From assembly GCF_009914755.1 (NCBI RefSeq), contig NC_060926.1: a DNA stretch of 64,000 bases; one strand, written 5' to 3'. This DNA is from the human T2T-CHM13v2.0 reference genome, Homo sapiens. A program made the translations under genes and the position numbers. The stretch's first letter is position 1. The number at the start of each line of letters is the position of its first letter. Positions 15,425 through 26,902 of this stretch are shown here, in pieces. Under the pieces are notes generated by a model. That model was not told the DNA's origin and ran no database searches. It saw only the letters and a program-made list of their open reading frames with translations.

Positions 15425-16700
15425 ATTCATTCAACACTCGTTTTGTGAGCACCTATTCTGAGCTAAGGCACTGTGGGGGCACAAAGATGTGTAAGATATA
15501 ATCCTTGACCTCAAATAGCTTATCATCTAGTTGAGGGATTTGTATTCAGGTAGCTGTAATATAAAAATATAAAGATAGAGGAAAGTCCTGGCTGATGAAA
15601 GGGCATGGAATCAACACACTAAGTGAAAGGATCAAGGCAATTTCTTCTTGGAGAGTAAGAAGAAAGCAGAAGGAAGGGGGAATGGACATCAGTGAAGAGC
15701 TGAGCAACAACTTGGGAAGTTCTTATCGGTTTCCCTGCTTTATTGTCTTCATAATACTTATCATTCCCTGAATTATCTCATTTATTTACTAATGTACTTT
15801 TACCATTTGTCTTGTCCCACTCAGGAACTTTGTCTGTTTTGTTCACCACTACATCCTGAGCATCTCAAACAATGCCTGGTGCATAGTAAGGTGCTCATTT
15901 AAGTACTGGCCTAATAAATAAATGATGCAGGTGAGGCAGTGGCAGTGGCAGTAGAAGTGAACAGAAGAAAGCATTTAGTAAATATTACCAACACGATAAA
16001 GTTAGAAGAGGTAGGGAGATGTTAGAGCAGTGAGGAAGTGGCATGAAAGGTTACTTCAAGGTTCCTGGCTTGGGCAAATAAGTGGATGGTGGTTATCATC
16101 AAAAAAAGATAAGGAACAGATGAGAAGGAGGAGCAGGTTTTGTGAACCTCAGAGGGTATATGAGGTCCCATGTGGAGACATCATGGCTTGCAAGTGCAGA
16201 TGCCCAAGAGGCACTTATACCTGCAGATCTGGACGTCATTAAACATACATTCAGCTGTTGAGCCATCAGAATGGTCAGATCACCCAGTGGGCAGAGAGAG
16301 AAACGACTGCATGCCCACTAAATAGAGGACTGAGGGTCAGATCCTTGGGCGTAGAGTCAACAGAGAACAGATTTAGAAAGGCTAACTGAACAGAAAGACA
16401 ATCTGAGGGTTTAGGGTGTTAGAAAAGTGGGCTGAGGGGTACATCAGGGAAGAGAAAAAGGCTTCATGTAGTCCACAAAATCCACCGCAGGAGACCAAGC
16501 AGGATGACTACAAATCGACCTTTGAACCCGGTCATACGGGTGTCACTGCGAGCCTTAACAGAAGCACTTTTTAGTGGATTAGTTGGGAGAATAACTTAGC
16601 CAGTACTTGAGGGATGAATTGAAATAAAGGATGAGAGCTAGACAGTCTCACAGGAGAGCTTTTTGGTTTATTAAGTTGAGGCGCTGGAACATGATCAAGG
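15425..16700. mobile_element. Cluster of L2 fragments, both orientations
   Basis: ATTCATTCAAC...TGAGCACCTA at 15425. TGTTCACCACTACATCC...TGCCTGGTGCATAGTA at 15840. Purine-rich antisense L2 body beyond. Confidence 0.5.
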
Positions 16701-16769
16701 TTATGTCTAACACTTAAGAAGTGACCGGTACGTTTGTGAACGACGACAAGGTTTCTAAAACACTAGTGG

Positions 16770-16914
16770 GGCCGGGCATGGTGGTTCACGCCTGTAACCC
16801 CAGCACTTTGGGAGGGGAGGCCGGGGTAGGAGGATCCCTGGAACCCAGGAGTTCGAGATTAGCTTGGGCAACACAGGAAGACACTGTCTACCAAAAAAAA
16901 AAAAAAAAAAAAAA
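16770..16914 (+). mobile_element. FLAM-type Alu monomer
   Basis: Left arm only, followed by a 22-nt poly(A). Confidence 0.85.
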
Positions 16915-17324
16915 GCCAGCGGGAAGAGCCCTTGCAGGCGTGAACTATGCTTCTCTTCCTCCACCCTTTCAGCCATTTCCAGGGAGGGGGCCCTTCCATA
17001 TAAAATGCAGACAAAACGACGGAGACCGACACCCCTCCCTCCGATTTGTGAGTCATTTTTGTGGCAGCTGGGGGCGGGGATAGGAATACTTGAATTGCAG
17101 GAGGTGCCCGGTTTCCCGTGGATCTTGGAACTTGCTAAATGGGTGGCTCCATGCTGAAGGGCGCTGGAGAGACTCATTCACATTTTCCTACTCGGCATTC
17201 ACGCCCTCCATTCAGCACTTTCCTCTCCTTCTCCCTAAGACTTGAAACCAGGGACAAAGCTTTCCCCCCACTCCTACTTCAGGTTCACCTTCCACCCACA
17301 AGCCCATCGCTTGCCCTTCTCCGA

Positions 17325-17421
17325 CCACGTGACATTCCCCCTCAATCCCCGAGACTCCCCGCCGTCGACCCCTCCCTTCGGGCCGCAGCCCGCTTTACCC
17401 CGCCTCTCAGGCCCACGTGAC
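17325..17421. promoter_or_regulatory. Pair of identical extended E-boxes CCACGTGAC (USF/MiT-TFE/BHLHE40 type)
   Basis: Exact 9-mer at 17325-17333 and 17413-17421, just upstream of exon 1a. Confidence 0.65.
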
Positions 17422-17492
17422 CGCCTCTCTCCCACCTGACTGGCTCCTCCCTTTCCCCGGCCGGACACGGCGGCCGTCGCAGCTGCCAGACT

Positions 17493-17505
17493 CCAAAATG
17501 GCAGC
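17493..17505 (+). promoter_or_regulatory. YY1-type motif overlapping the upstream ATG
   Basis: CCAAAATGGCAGC resembles the YY1 consensus AANATGGCGGC and lies just inside exon 1a. Confidence 0.6.
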
Positions 17506-17659
17506 CGCGCAGAGCGCGCACCCAAGCGGCCGGACCTCCCCGACTCCCGGGCCGCCCCCGTCTCGCGCCCTGCCTCCCTCCTTCGGCCTTCACCTACCCG
17601 CCTCCGGATTGGCCGCTAGGAATCCCGCCCCTCTAAAGCCCTGCCTGCTATTGGTCACG
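17498..17659 (+). other. Candidate uORF 5' part in exon 1a (54 codons, MAAAQSAHP...LLLVT)
   Basis: ATG at 17498 in strong Kozak context (AAAATGG). Open for exactly 162 nt to the donor (phase 0). Translation is not demonstrated. Confidence 0.45.
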
Positions 17660-17845
17660 GTAGGCTGCCCTTCAGAGAGGCGTGCCCCTGCCCGCCCCCC
17701 GCCCCCCGCCCCGGGAGGTATTTTCCATTCTGGTGGGGGTTGGGGGGAGGGGGGAGGGGAAACGGGTGAAGAAGGGGAGGCGGCAGGGAAGGGGGTGGGG
17801 GCCTGGCGGGGGCATCCGGCGGAGCTGGGGTCCCCGGGCTCCGTC

Positions 17846-17997
17846 CGGAGGAAGCGACGCTGCGCTCGCTGGGCAGTCGGAGGGGACGGGACGCACCGGA
17901 GGGCAGGCGGACTCGCCCTGTCGGTGACTGCGCCGTCCGGGCCCGTCCTGCCTGGCCGCAGGTGCCCTGGATGAGGCCGCCCCGCGCGCCCCAAACG
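17846..17997 (+). other. SOCS5: Alternative non-coding first exon 1b (start approximate)
   Basis: Ends at a near-consensus donor CAAACG|GTGAGT (intron GT at 17998). The sequence ...GCCCCGCGCGCCCCAAACG matches my recollection of the other SOCS5 5' UTR variant. Confidence 0.75.
17971..17997 (+). other. Candidate uORF 5' part in exon 1b (MRPPRAPQT)
   Basis: ATG at 17971 in weak context (TGGATGA). Open for 27 nt to the donor (phase 0). Confidence 0.4.
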
Positions 17998-20337
17998 GTG
18001 AGTGTCCCCGCGGTCGCGCCCGGCCCGCCGCCTGCTCCCCGGCCCCCGCGCCGTCGTCCGCGGCCGCCTCTCGGTGCCCCAGTGCCCGCGCCCGGCGCAT
18101 TCCGCCCCCGGCTGTCGCCCCCGCACCCCGGCGGAGGCAGCGCCGGCCTCTGGCTGGGATGGGCTGGCCGGGAAAAGGACTGCTAGCCCGGGCCGCGAGC
18201 CCCGTGCAGACCACGCCGCTCACAGTGGGAGCTTGCGCTTAGTAGGCTCTCGATGCATTTCTGTGGAATTGTTTTTCTGGTTGGAGGAACGTGGGGTTCC
18301 TAAGGGGAAGGGGGTCGTCCGGGGCCAGTAGGAGGGCATCCGTGATCGGGGTCGTGGTGGGTCGCGGGGAGGCCACCGGAGACTGAAGCAGTTACACAGG
18401 CTGCAGGGAAGGGAGCACCGACCAAGTCACTTGGGGCTCCAAGAGCCCGATCTGGGGGTCTTCAAGGTCGAGGAGAAAAGATCCTCTTGGGGATGAGGGA
18501 GGGAACCAATGAGTACATATGTGGGAAATGAATTGAGTGCCCCGGGAGGTTTAACTAACCAAGGTGGGTAAGGGATGCGGAGGCGGGAGCTGGAAGACCC
18601 CTCTGCAACTACTTGGGCTCCTAAGAGTCTTTGATGTGGGGTTTGGGCATCCGAGTAGCAGAAGCGGAGTGATTTTTGTGGAGAGGGAATTGCATTTAAA
18701 GAAGGATGCTAAAAAAACAGTGTAAATACATCTTGGTTTGGTTCCGAACTTTGAAAGGCTTGAGGGATTGGAGTCACAAGGAAATTTTGACATTTTCTTG
18801 TGGCATTCCAACTAAAGGGTGCCTGGCTGCTGGACTTTGTCAGTTATCTTTTATTGAAAAATATATGTGTATGTTTGATGGTATTCTATCAGTCACAAGT
18901 TTTTCTGGAAATTATCATAACTACACCTTGAAATTCTTGTAGCAACCTCTCTATCCATAGTGGTGGCTTACTTCTTCCCTATTTAACGTTTAGAATGGAT
19001 TGTGCTATTATGTACTACTGACTTTTATTCTAGAAGACTAATAAGTAATTCACATTCTTTCTTTTCCTTACTTTCGTTTCTCTACAAGATGATGCAAAAT
19101 TGAACTACGGATTCTATATAAGTTTTAAAATATTTTAACTTGTGTTGACTGGGAAGGAGGTGGTAAGCTAGCAGCTCTATTAAGCAATACTAAAATCAGG
19201 TTGAGTTTCTTAACAATTGGTAATCTTAATGTCAGTTGTTTAGTTTAATTTTAATAATTTTTCCTTTATATAGCACTCTTGAGAACATAGAAAATGCACA
19301 CCGGGTTTAGGCAGTGGTGGTCTCCAGAGTGCACCTCCATGGCAGTCCGTGGCGGTTCTTCATTTCACTGAGATCTTTAATCTTATGAATATTTTCTTAA
19401 TTTTATATATGTTAGTAATTTTTTACATTTGTAGCGTACTTTACGGTTTACAAAATGAAAGCTGATTAGTACTTAAACATATTTTGGAAAAATTTGTATA
19501 TCATATTTTGGCCCTTTTATCCATCAGAGAAAACATTTCTGCAAAAAGGTGTTAATATTTTCAGTTGGCACCTTCTTAGTTCTTGAATAACTAATGGATA
19601 ATTATATATATTTTCTCCTTATTGTCCTTGAATTTTACTATTCGTCCTCAGGGAGAATGTACTGGCTTACAATACAGTAGCCTAAAATATTGAAACCTAA
19701 CACCTTTTAACATTATAATAGCTTCTACATTATTCACCTTGAGAATCATCTATGGCAAACCAGTGATTAGGGAAGCTTTCCCCTATCACCTTTGTTTAGA
19801 TTGGGCTGTTTTCTCCTTTTGTAGAACTAAGGAAAAGTAAGACTCACTGGCTGTGAAGTAGTAGTAATAGCTAAACAGAATGAGAATGGGAGGCTTGGAA
19901 AAAAGATGTATGTGTATGAGTCACGTTTCTTCTAGAGCTGGAAGGGTAGACCATGGAGATGATATTTTGCAGATTAGGAAACCAAGGCCCAGAGCAGTTG
20001 AAGGGATTAAATTGCTATTTAATGGTGGGGCCAGGATTGGTGGGCAGGTCTGTGGACTCCAGTCCAGAGATTGCTTTATCACTTTCACACTGTTTATTTC
20101 TAAAGCATTCTCGTGCCAACTGTTAATGGTTTTTGGATTATTTGTGATTTGTTCCCTTCTAAGGATGAAGAAGTTTGAGTTGACTACTTTTATCCATGAA
20201 ATTTTGTAAAACTGGGTGAGCTTTTATTTAAAAGTTTAAAACAATATGCTGCATTGTTAGCGTTAGTGCTGATAGTTCCCTGTCATTGGAAAGAGACAAA
20301 CTGTCATTTAGGTGAAAATATTAAATGAATGCCCTAG

Positions 20338-20653
<316 letters not shown>

Positions 20654-20849
20654 TTTATGCTAAAATTAATTGCTTAAAAGATTTTCAAAATTCAGAAGGC
20701 TTCTGTATTTTGAAAGTAAATTATGTGAACATTATTATTTTCAGTTAGTGTGGCGGTTTTGTTAAAATGGGTTTAGTACCTTTAAAAAGAGAGTAGAATT
20801 ACATGATCATTATGAATACATCATTCCTATCATAGTTATAATAGAGAAA

Positions 20850-21010
20850 GACAGGATTTGTATCCCAGCCCCTTCACATGATCTTAGGCAAGTGATTTAA
20901 CCACTGTGTACCTGAGTTTACTCGTTTGTAAAGGGAGGGTGTTAAAAGTACCTACCTCACAGCATAGTGGTGAGGTTTAACTGTGCCTACCTACTACATA
21001 GAAAGGGTAC
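20850..21010 (+). mobile_element. MIR SINE
   Basis: TTAGGCAAGTGATTTAACC...TTTGTAAAGGG...GTACCTACCTCACAG...GTGAGGTTTAA. Confidence 0.65.
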
Positions 21011-23394
21011 AGCAAATATTAGACATTATTCTCTGTGGTTCGTTAGATGTAAGCAGGCAGTTGTGTGCCCATTTATTTCCTTGCTGTACACGCACTTTCA
21101 AGTTACAAAAATTCCTAGAAAAATGCACGATCAAATCATACTCTTTGGTAAGGGGGTACTTGGTACAAATGATGCTCTGATTTTTGGTATTGCTCTCCTT
21201 CCTCTGCTTACCTTGGACCTTTAATTAGGTCTGCATATCAAATTAGAGTGAATGTGTTACTGTTTCTGAATGTCATTGGGAGATCCTTGTTGCAGTTTCA
21301 TTATTCTAGAACAAAAATATTAATAATTGATTTGCAGATATTCCAGTGAAAATACAGTACTAGAGTACTAGAGACCTGCTGGGTACACTTAGGTGAGGAA
21401 GTCAGGAATTTATAAGGTCTATTATTGATCTCAGCTCTTCTCTGCCAGTGGAACCATGGGAAAATCATTGAACCCTGTTTTCTATTAAACGAATATTTTG
21501 ATGACTTCATTCATTAAGCTGTGAGATTTTAGTGATAAAATGTGTGTGACTCCAATTTTATAACATATGGTTCTTCTTAATTTGCTGTAACCCAGGTCCA
21601 ACTAGTGTCATGACCATGTGTTTTAGCAAATGTTTTTGACGGTGACAGTTTGAGTTATAAGTTATCTCAGAATCCTTCTTAATGGTGTATCACTTAAAGA
21701 ATGGTGAATTTCTCTTGGTGTTCTGTGCTTCTGCCTTCTCAGGTTTTTCTGTTGCTTTTGTAACAGCCCTTCTTCCATTTGTGGTCCTTTCAACTTTGAT
21801 TCTCATGCATCTTTGTGGTCTTTCCTTAAGCATCTTTGCCTTCTGTCACAATATGTAACTTCTTATCTGTCATGCAAGAGCTCTATTTTAATGAGTATGT
21901 TTTAACATTCATTTTCATTATTTTTTCAATGTATCTCACATAATGTCTTTTAATTGCCCTTATTTGTAGAGTTTCATTGAAGTGAGTATTTTACAGGTGA
22001 GGGATTAAAATTAGAAACAAGCTATAGCTCGAAAGCAATGTTACTGTACTAGTAATAGTCTTGCTATTGTTTTAGATCTCAGGCAGGCATGCTGTTGGTG
22101 GTACTTCAGATGATAAATACCTGGGCCAGCTATTGAGTCCAAAGTGATGCTAGCAGGGCTAAGAAAGCCACATGTAGCCATCACAAGTTTTCACAGTTTT
22201 TTTTTTTTCACTGATACAGAATTTTAGTGTTTGAAGAGTGACCAATTTCTAATATTCTTTTGGTTAACTCTCATAATAAGGATTATGAAGTTACCACAAT
22301 TTATTGGACATTTATTGCATTCATGACATACTTTTAGGAATTTCATAGGTACTCTCTTCAAGTCTATTACATAATCTAATCATGTGAATAAATTAGTTAA
22401 ATATGGTTTTAGAAGGCATGTCATGTTAAAATATAACCAACCATTGCTCATTTTTTCATTAGGTTGGAGTTTTCTTTATACATTTAAAGATAATTATGCC
22501 ATTGTGAATGGACTGTTATTCATATTTAAAATTCATGGTTATGTGAACTGAGTAGGTGTAGACTGTACAAATTACTTTCTTAGTTTCAGTGCAGTTGTTA
22601 GAGAATGAAAGAGGGAAAATATGAATTATTTGCATTGTCCATCTTAACAAATTCTTCATCTGAGTCAGCCAGCTATCCTACTTTCAAGGGGAGTGGGGAG
22701 GGCTTTTGAATCTGGTTAGAGCAGAAGTAATCTTGAAAGGGTAATTAGGCTGGATTGTTGACTCATGTTAATATTGGATAAATTTGCATCTTAGTGACCT
22801 GAAAATTAGTTGCCTGCCTTTACATGTAGGTGAAAAATTGTAGGGAATGATTTCAGAGAGACCATACTGTATTATGAAATATAATATAGCAAGAATATAT
22901 TTTCACAGATTCATATGCTGCTTAACACCAAAATTAAATTTACCTTACTCTGATGAGCTTTCATACAGTAATCTTTTTATCAAAGCTAGTAAGAGGAAGC
23001 AGTGATGAAGATAATTTTTTTAAAATTGTATTTGAAATGGGCTTATGTGCTCTGGGATTGTCTTTAAATTGACTTCCTTATTTTATTTGAAGATGACCAT
23101 AAACAGGAACAATGTCCAGTCTTCCTATTCTGAGCAGTATCCTTGAGTTAGAAGTATTTCAAGCAATTTTAAAGGGTGGAAGCTTATTTAAATAATAGAT
23201 ATAGGGAAAATGGAACAATGAGAACTCCAATGATGGAATGGAAATGATACGGGAACTGCAGGTTAGACCTGCGTATATGGTAGGTAGTTGGAGGAAGGGG
23301 AGTTAGGATGAGAATCGGAGGCTGGGTAGAGAAAAGTGTTGAGGTAAACTGAATTTTGTAGGAATTTAGCCCTAGTGTAAATCCTGAATACCAC

Positions 23395-24375
23395 AGGTTG
23401 GCACGTCTTTGTATCAGGATGTAATACTATTATGTACTGTATACAGTTTGCTTTTCGGTGGTGGTTCCTGGCTCAACACAGGTCTTGTAAGCCTCATCAT
23501 TTCTTAAGTGACTAGAGCAGAAAGAATATCTTTTGTTGAAGTAGTTGGCCTCTTATCCTTGGTTCCTGAAGCAGCTCTGAAACAGCTTCTGAGCAATAAA
23601 GGTGAAAGATAGTCTTTTGTTATTTACAACAAGCCCTTTCAAACACACCTGGGCATATGTTAATGAGGCTATTTTTGGAAAGTCCCTAGGTAAGCACTGT
23701 TTGGAGGTGTTGATACTCCAGGGAAATCAGCATTGGGCTCTGAGGGTTGGCACTTTCAACTCCACCTCCCAACCACTGGGGAGAAGAGAAGGGCCAGACA
23801 TTTAGGGGCTTCCAGGAAGGTGAACAAGAACACATCCATGTGCTGGGAAGATGGCACACTCCAACACCATGGGGACAGAAGTTCCTGCACTCCAGACCTT
23901 GCTGTAATTGTCACTATTTCTGACTGTTTATTTGTATCCTTAAAATATGTTTTGTAATAACCAGCAAAAGTGTTTTAAAACACTTTTACTTACTTTACAG
24001 TGTTTCCCTGAGTTCTGTGAGCTGCTCTAGCAAATTAATCAAACTCAAGGAGAGGGCTGTAGGAGCCCCAGTTTATAGCCGGTTGGTCAGAAGCACAGGT
24101 AAAATAATTGAGCTTGGGATTGGCATCAGAAGTGGGGCTCAGTCTTTTGGGTCTGGGTCCTCAACCTGTGCAATCTCACGCTGTCTCTAGGTGTAGCTGG
24201 TGTCAGAATTGGTTTGAATTAGAGGACAGCCAGTTGGTAGCTGCTTGAGAATTGATTACTTGCTTTTCGGTAGAGAGAAATCCCTACACATATGTTTTGA
24301 GGTCACAAAAGTCTTCTGTGTTGATTGTTGAAGGACAGTGTGAAGAAACTGAGTTTGTTTTTTCCTAGGTTACCA
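23395..24375. mobile_element. MER21-type LTR
   Basis: CCCTGAGTTCTGTGAGCTGCTCTAGCAAATTAATCAAAC and TTTATAGCCGGTTGGTCAGAAGCACAGG are MER21 hallmarks. Ends approximate. Confidence 0.7.
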
Positions 24376-24569
24376 GACAGGAAAGCGCCTGAAATATGCT
24401 TAACGCTAAAGGATAAACCCACTGAATGTTAAATATAATCTGTTAAGGAGAAGCTCAAGCACTTTCTTATGGGTTAAAATATGCATGTGGCCAAAGGGGA
24501 GCTCATTTATCTAATTATTTAGTTTTTGACATTGGCTATTTACATGAGAACAGCAGTCCAACCCCATTA

Positions 24570-24970
24570 TCCTTCAGGTGATCAGTACTGGGATGAGTTT
24601 TATTTAACATTTTTATAAATGATTTAAAAGACGGACTGGCAGTGACAGTTGCCAGATTTGCAGCTGACTCCATGTGCTGTTCCAGGTAGTTAAAAGCCAA
24701 GCCAGCAAGGAGAAGCTACAGGAATATCCTCTGATGAGTTTTCATGTGGCACAGAACAAGATAATGCATTTAGGGGAAGATATTCCAAATTATATTTATA
24801 GGACCTGAATTGTGACCCAGGAAGGGGATCCAGAAGTTATGTAGATGACTTCCTTGAAGGCATTTATTGTGGTTGTTGCCGGGCCAGAAAGTCCAAGAAT
24901 ATGTTAAACATTGTTGGGCATGGTTCTGAAAACAAAAATGATGTTATATAAAAATTATAAAGGGGTTATC
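24570..24970 (+). mobile_element. L3/CR1 LINE fragment (reverse-transcriptase region)
   Basis: 24582-24671 translates as SVLG*VLFNIFINDLKDGLAVTVARFAADS, matching the CR1 RT pattern GSVLGPxLFNIFINDL...FADD. Confidence 0.8.
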
Positions 24971-24984
24971 ATATTTTGACTGTT

Positions 24985-25190
24985 TATTATGTTCCAGGCT
25001 AAGTGATTTATTATGACTGCTCTTTCATTTAATTCTCTTAGTTCAGAAAGGTAGGTGGCATTATCCCATTTTATAGAAGAGCAAGTTTGACACGGGAAGG
25101 TTAAGTGACTTTCCCAAGTCAGCCCATGTGTGGTAGAGTTGGGACTAATGTGCTAGTCTTTTGATTGTTAATCCTAGACATTTCCCAGGA
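24985..25190 (-). mobile_element. MIR SINE
   Basis: GGTAGG...ATTATCCCATTTTATAGA...GGTTAAGTGACTTTCCCAAG. Confidence 0.65.
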
Positions 25191-26604
25191 TATTAGGAGG
25201 CAGCACTTAAAACTTGTAATAATTTAATTTAGGGTTTGTGAAGTGCTCTTTTACTCTTTGCTATGGTCGGCTTTGGTTGTCATTTTACCACAAGGATGGT
25301 ATCTAAATACTTTGAGAGGATTTAGAGACATTCCTTAAATTCTTGATTTTTAAGGAAAGCTAGGAATGTCTTGGTGTACAGTTTTAGTCACCTCTGGTGA
25401 CCCCTGACATTTCTCCCCTTGACTTTATAAAATGCTGAATGGTTACATTAATAAAAGGAACATTAATTAACAAGGAAAATATCGTTTAATAGAAAAGTCA
25501 CCAGAATAGGAGTCCAGAGACCTGGATTGTTCTAGTGCTATAAAGTAGTAATGTGAAAAACATTAGGATGGCATGGAAATAAGCATAACATTCTTCTTGC
25601 CCTGGAGGTAGAGGAAAGCTTGAACTGTCTTGAGAGATCAGCCGGTGAAGAGGGGTTGTGGATTGCAGGCAGAGGGAATAGTAGTATATTAGATGAGTCA
25701 CTGAACTTCTTTGAACTTCAGTTTCCTCAAAATTGAGATAAAATATAAGAAAGTACCAACGGCAGCATTTGATTTTGGAATCTCAGAGTGAGATTATAAG
25801 GATCACGTGAGTAAGTATATGTAAAAATGCTTTAAAAATTTTTAAATGCTGTACAAATGAGGATGGAGGAATACTGATGTTCCTTTGAAGAGTGGACAAA
25901 GAGGATGCAGTGAAAATTTAGGTGGCAGGACTAGCACAGAAGGTAGAGGAGGAGAAGTGGGGAAGGGAGGTGTTAAAGATGAGAGGAAAAGGACAAATGT
26001 GGAGAAAGTTGAATTATGGTTCTCTTTGTGCCTGTCAGTCAAAAGGTGGGTATTACATCTATAACGGAAGAATTTTAACATCAATTTACTGTAAAGTGGA
26101 AGCTCAGGAGATAGTTGAAACGTTTTAATCATTTTCATTTAGTCTGTATTGACCATGTTAATAAGGCTATGAAAATAAGCTAATTGAGAGTTGGTGTGTT
26201 GTCTGATCGTTTCTTCACTCATTACTTCTGTATAGGTTTAGCTAATGATTGTAAATAGTATAAGAGCGCTCATAAAATGAAATAAGCTGGACTGAGTTAC
26301 TATTTATTGTAGATGATTAGAAATGAAAGGACATAGAGTGTTTAAGGAGGAAGATGCTATTTGATTTTTCTAAACTAGTGCAAAAGAAAATTAGGAAATC
26401 AGACTAGGACCGAGGCAGGAGGGGAACAAATTGTGAAGGGTTTTGTATGTAGCCATATAGGAGTTTGGATTTTTATTTAGTTTTATAGATGGGAAGTAAC
26501 ACAAACACTTTTGTGTTTTAGAAAATTGATCATAGCAGTCATAAAGAGAATAGTCTGGAGGAGAAAAGATTGGAGACATTTACCAAATAATTACTGAGCA
26601 AATA

Positions 26605-26902
26605 CAAATGTTCCTCGACTTACAATGGGGTTAGTCCTGATAAACCCATCCTAAGTTGAAAATATCATTAGGTCAGAAATGCATTTAATATGCCTAACCT
26701 ACCAAACAACATAGCTTAGCCTAGCCTACCTTAAATGTGCTCAGAGCACTTGCATTAGCCTATAGTTGGGCAAAATCATCTAACACGAAGTCTGTTTTAT
26801 AATAAAGTGTTGAATATCTTATATAATTTAATGAATACTGTACTGAAAATGAAAAATAGAATGGTTGTGAGTTTAACCAAATTGTAAGTCAGAGACTGTT
26901 TG
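26605..26902 (+). mobile_element. MER47A (Tigger5-derived) DNA transposon
   Basis: TA-flanked. CCTCGACTTACAATGGGGTTA...GATAAACCCATC...AGCTTAGCCTAGCCTACCTTAAA. Confidence 0.85.

Larger units (their letters stand above)
17485..17659 (+). other. SOCS5: Alternative non-coding first exon 1a (start approximate)
   Basis: Ends at GGTCACG|GTAGGC (intron GT at 17660). Matches my recollection of one SOCS5 5' UTR variant. The TSS cannot be fixed from sequence. Confidence 0.65.
17290..18430 (+). promoter_or_regulatory. SOCS5: CpG-island promoter of a + strand gene (probably SOCS5)
   Basis: Abrupt rise in GC and CpG density against CpG-poor flanks. Contains two CCACGTGAC E-boxes, a YY1-type AAAATGGC motif, GC boxes, two ATTGG boxes and two GT donors. 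Gene name is recalled from mRNA 5' UTR sequence. Confidence 0.85.

Noticed and set aside
16999-17005. TATAAAA box
   Set aside because: About 480 bp upstream of the likely exon 1a start. CpG-island promoters are usually TATA-less and nothing supports a TSS 30 bp downstream.
17650-17659. ATTGGTCACG as an ER-stress element (ERSE-II)
   Set aside because: The consensus is ATTGG-N-CCACG. This is one base short, so it is only a CCAAT box next to the donor.
17590-18331. Long ORFs in the CpG island (178 aa and 183 aa on -, 109 aa on +)
   Set aside because: Low-complexity Gly/Pro/Arg/Ala products with mostly GTG starts. Expected from stop-codon scarcity in GC-rich DNA. No recognisable domain.
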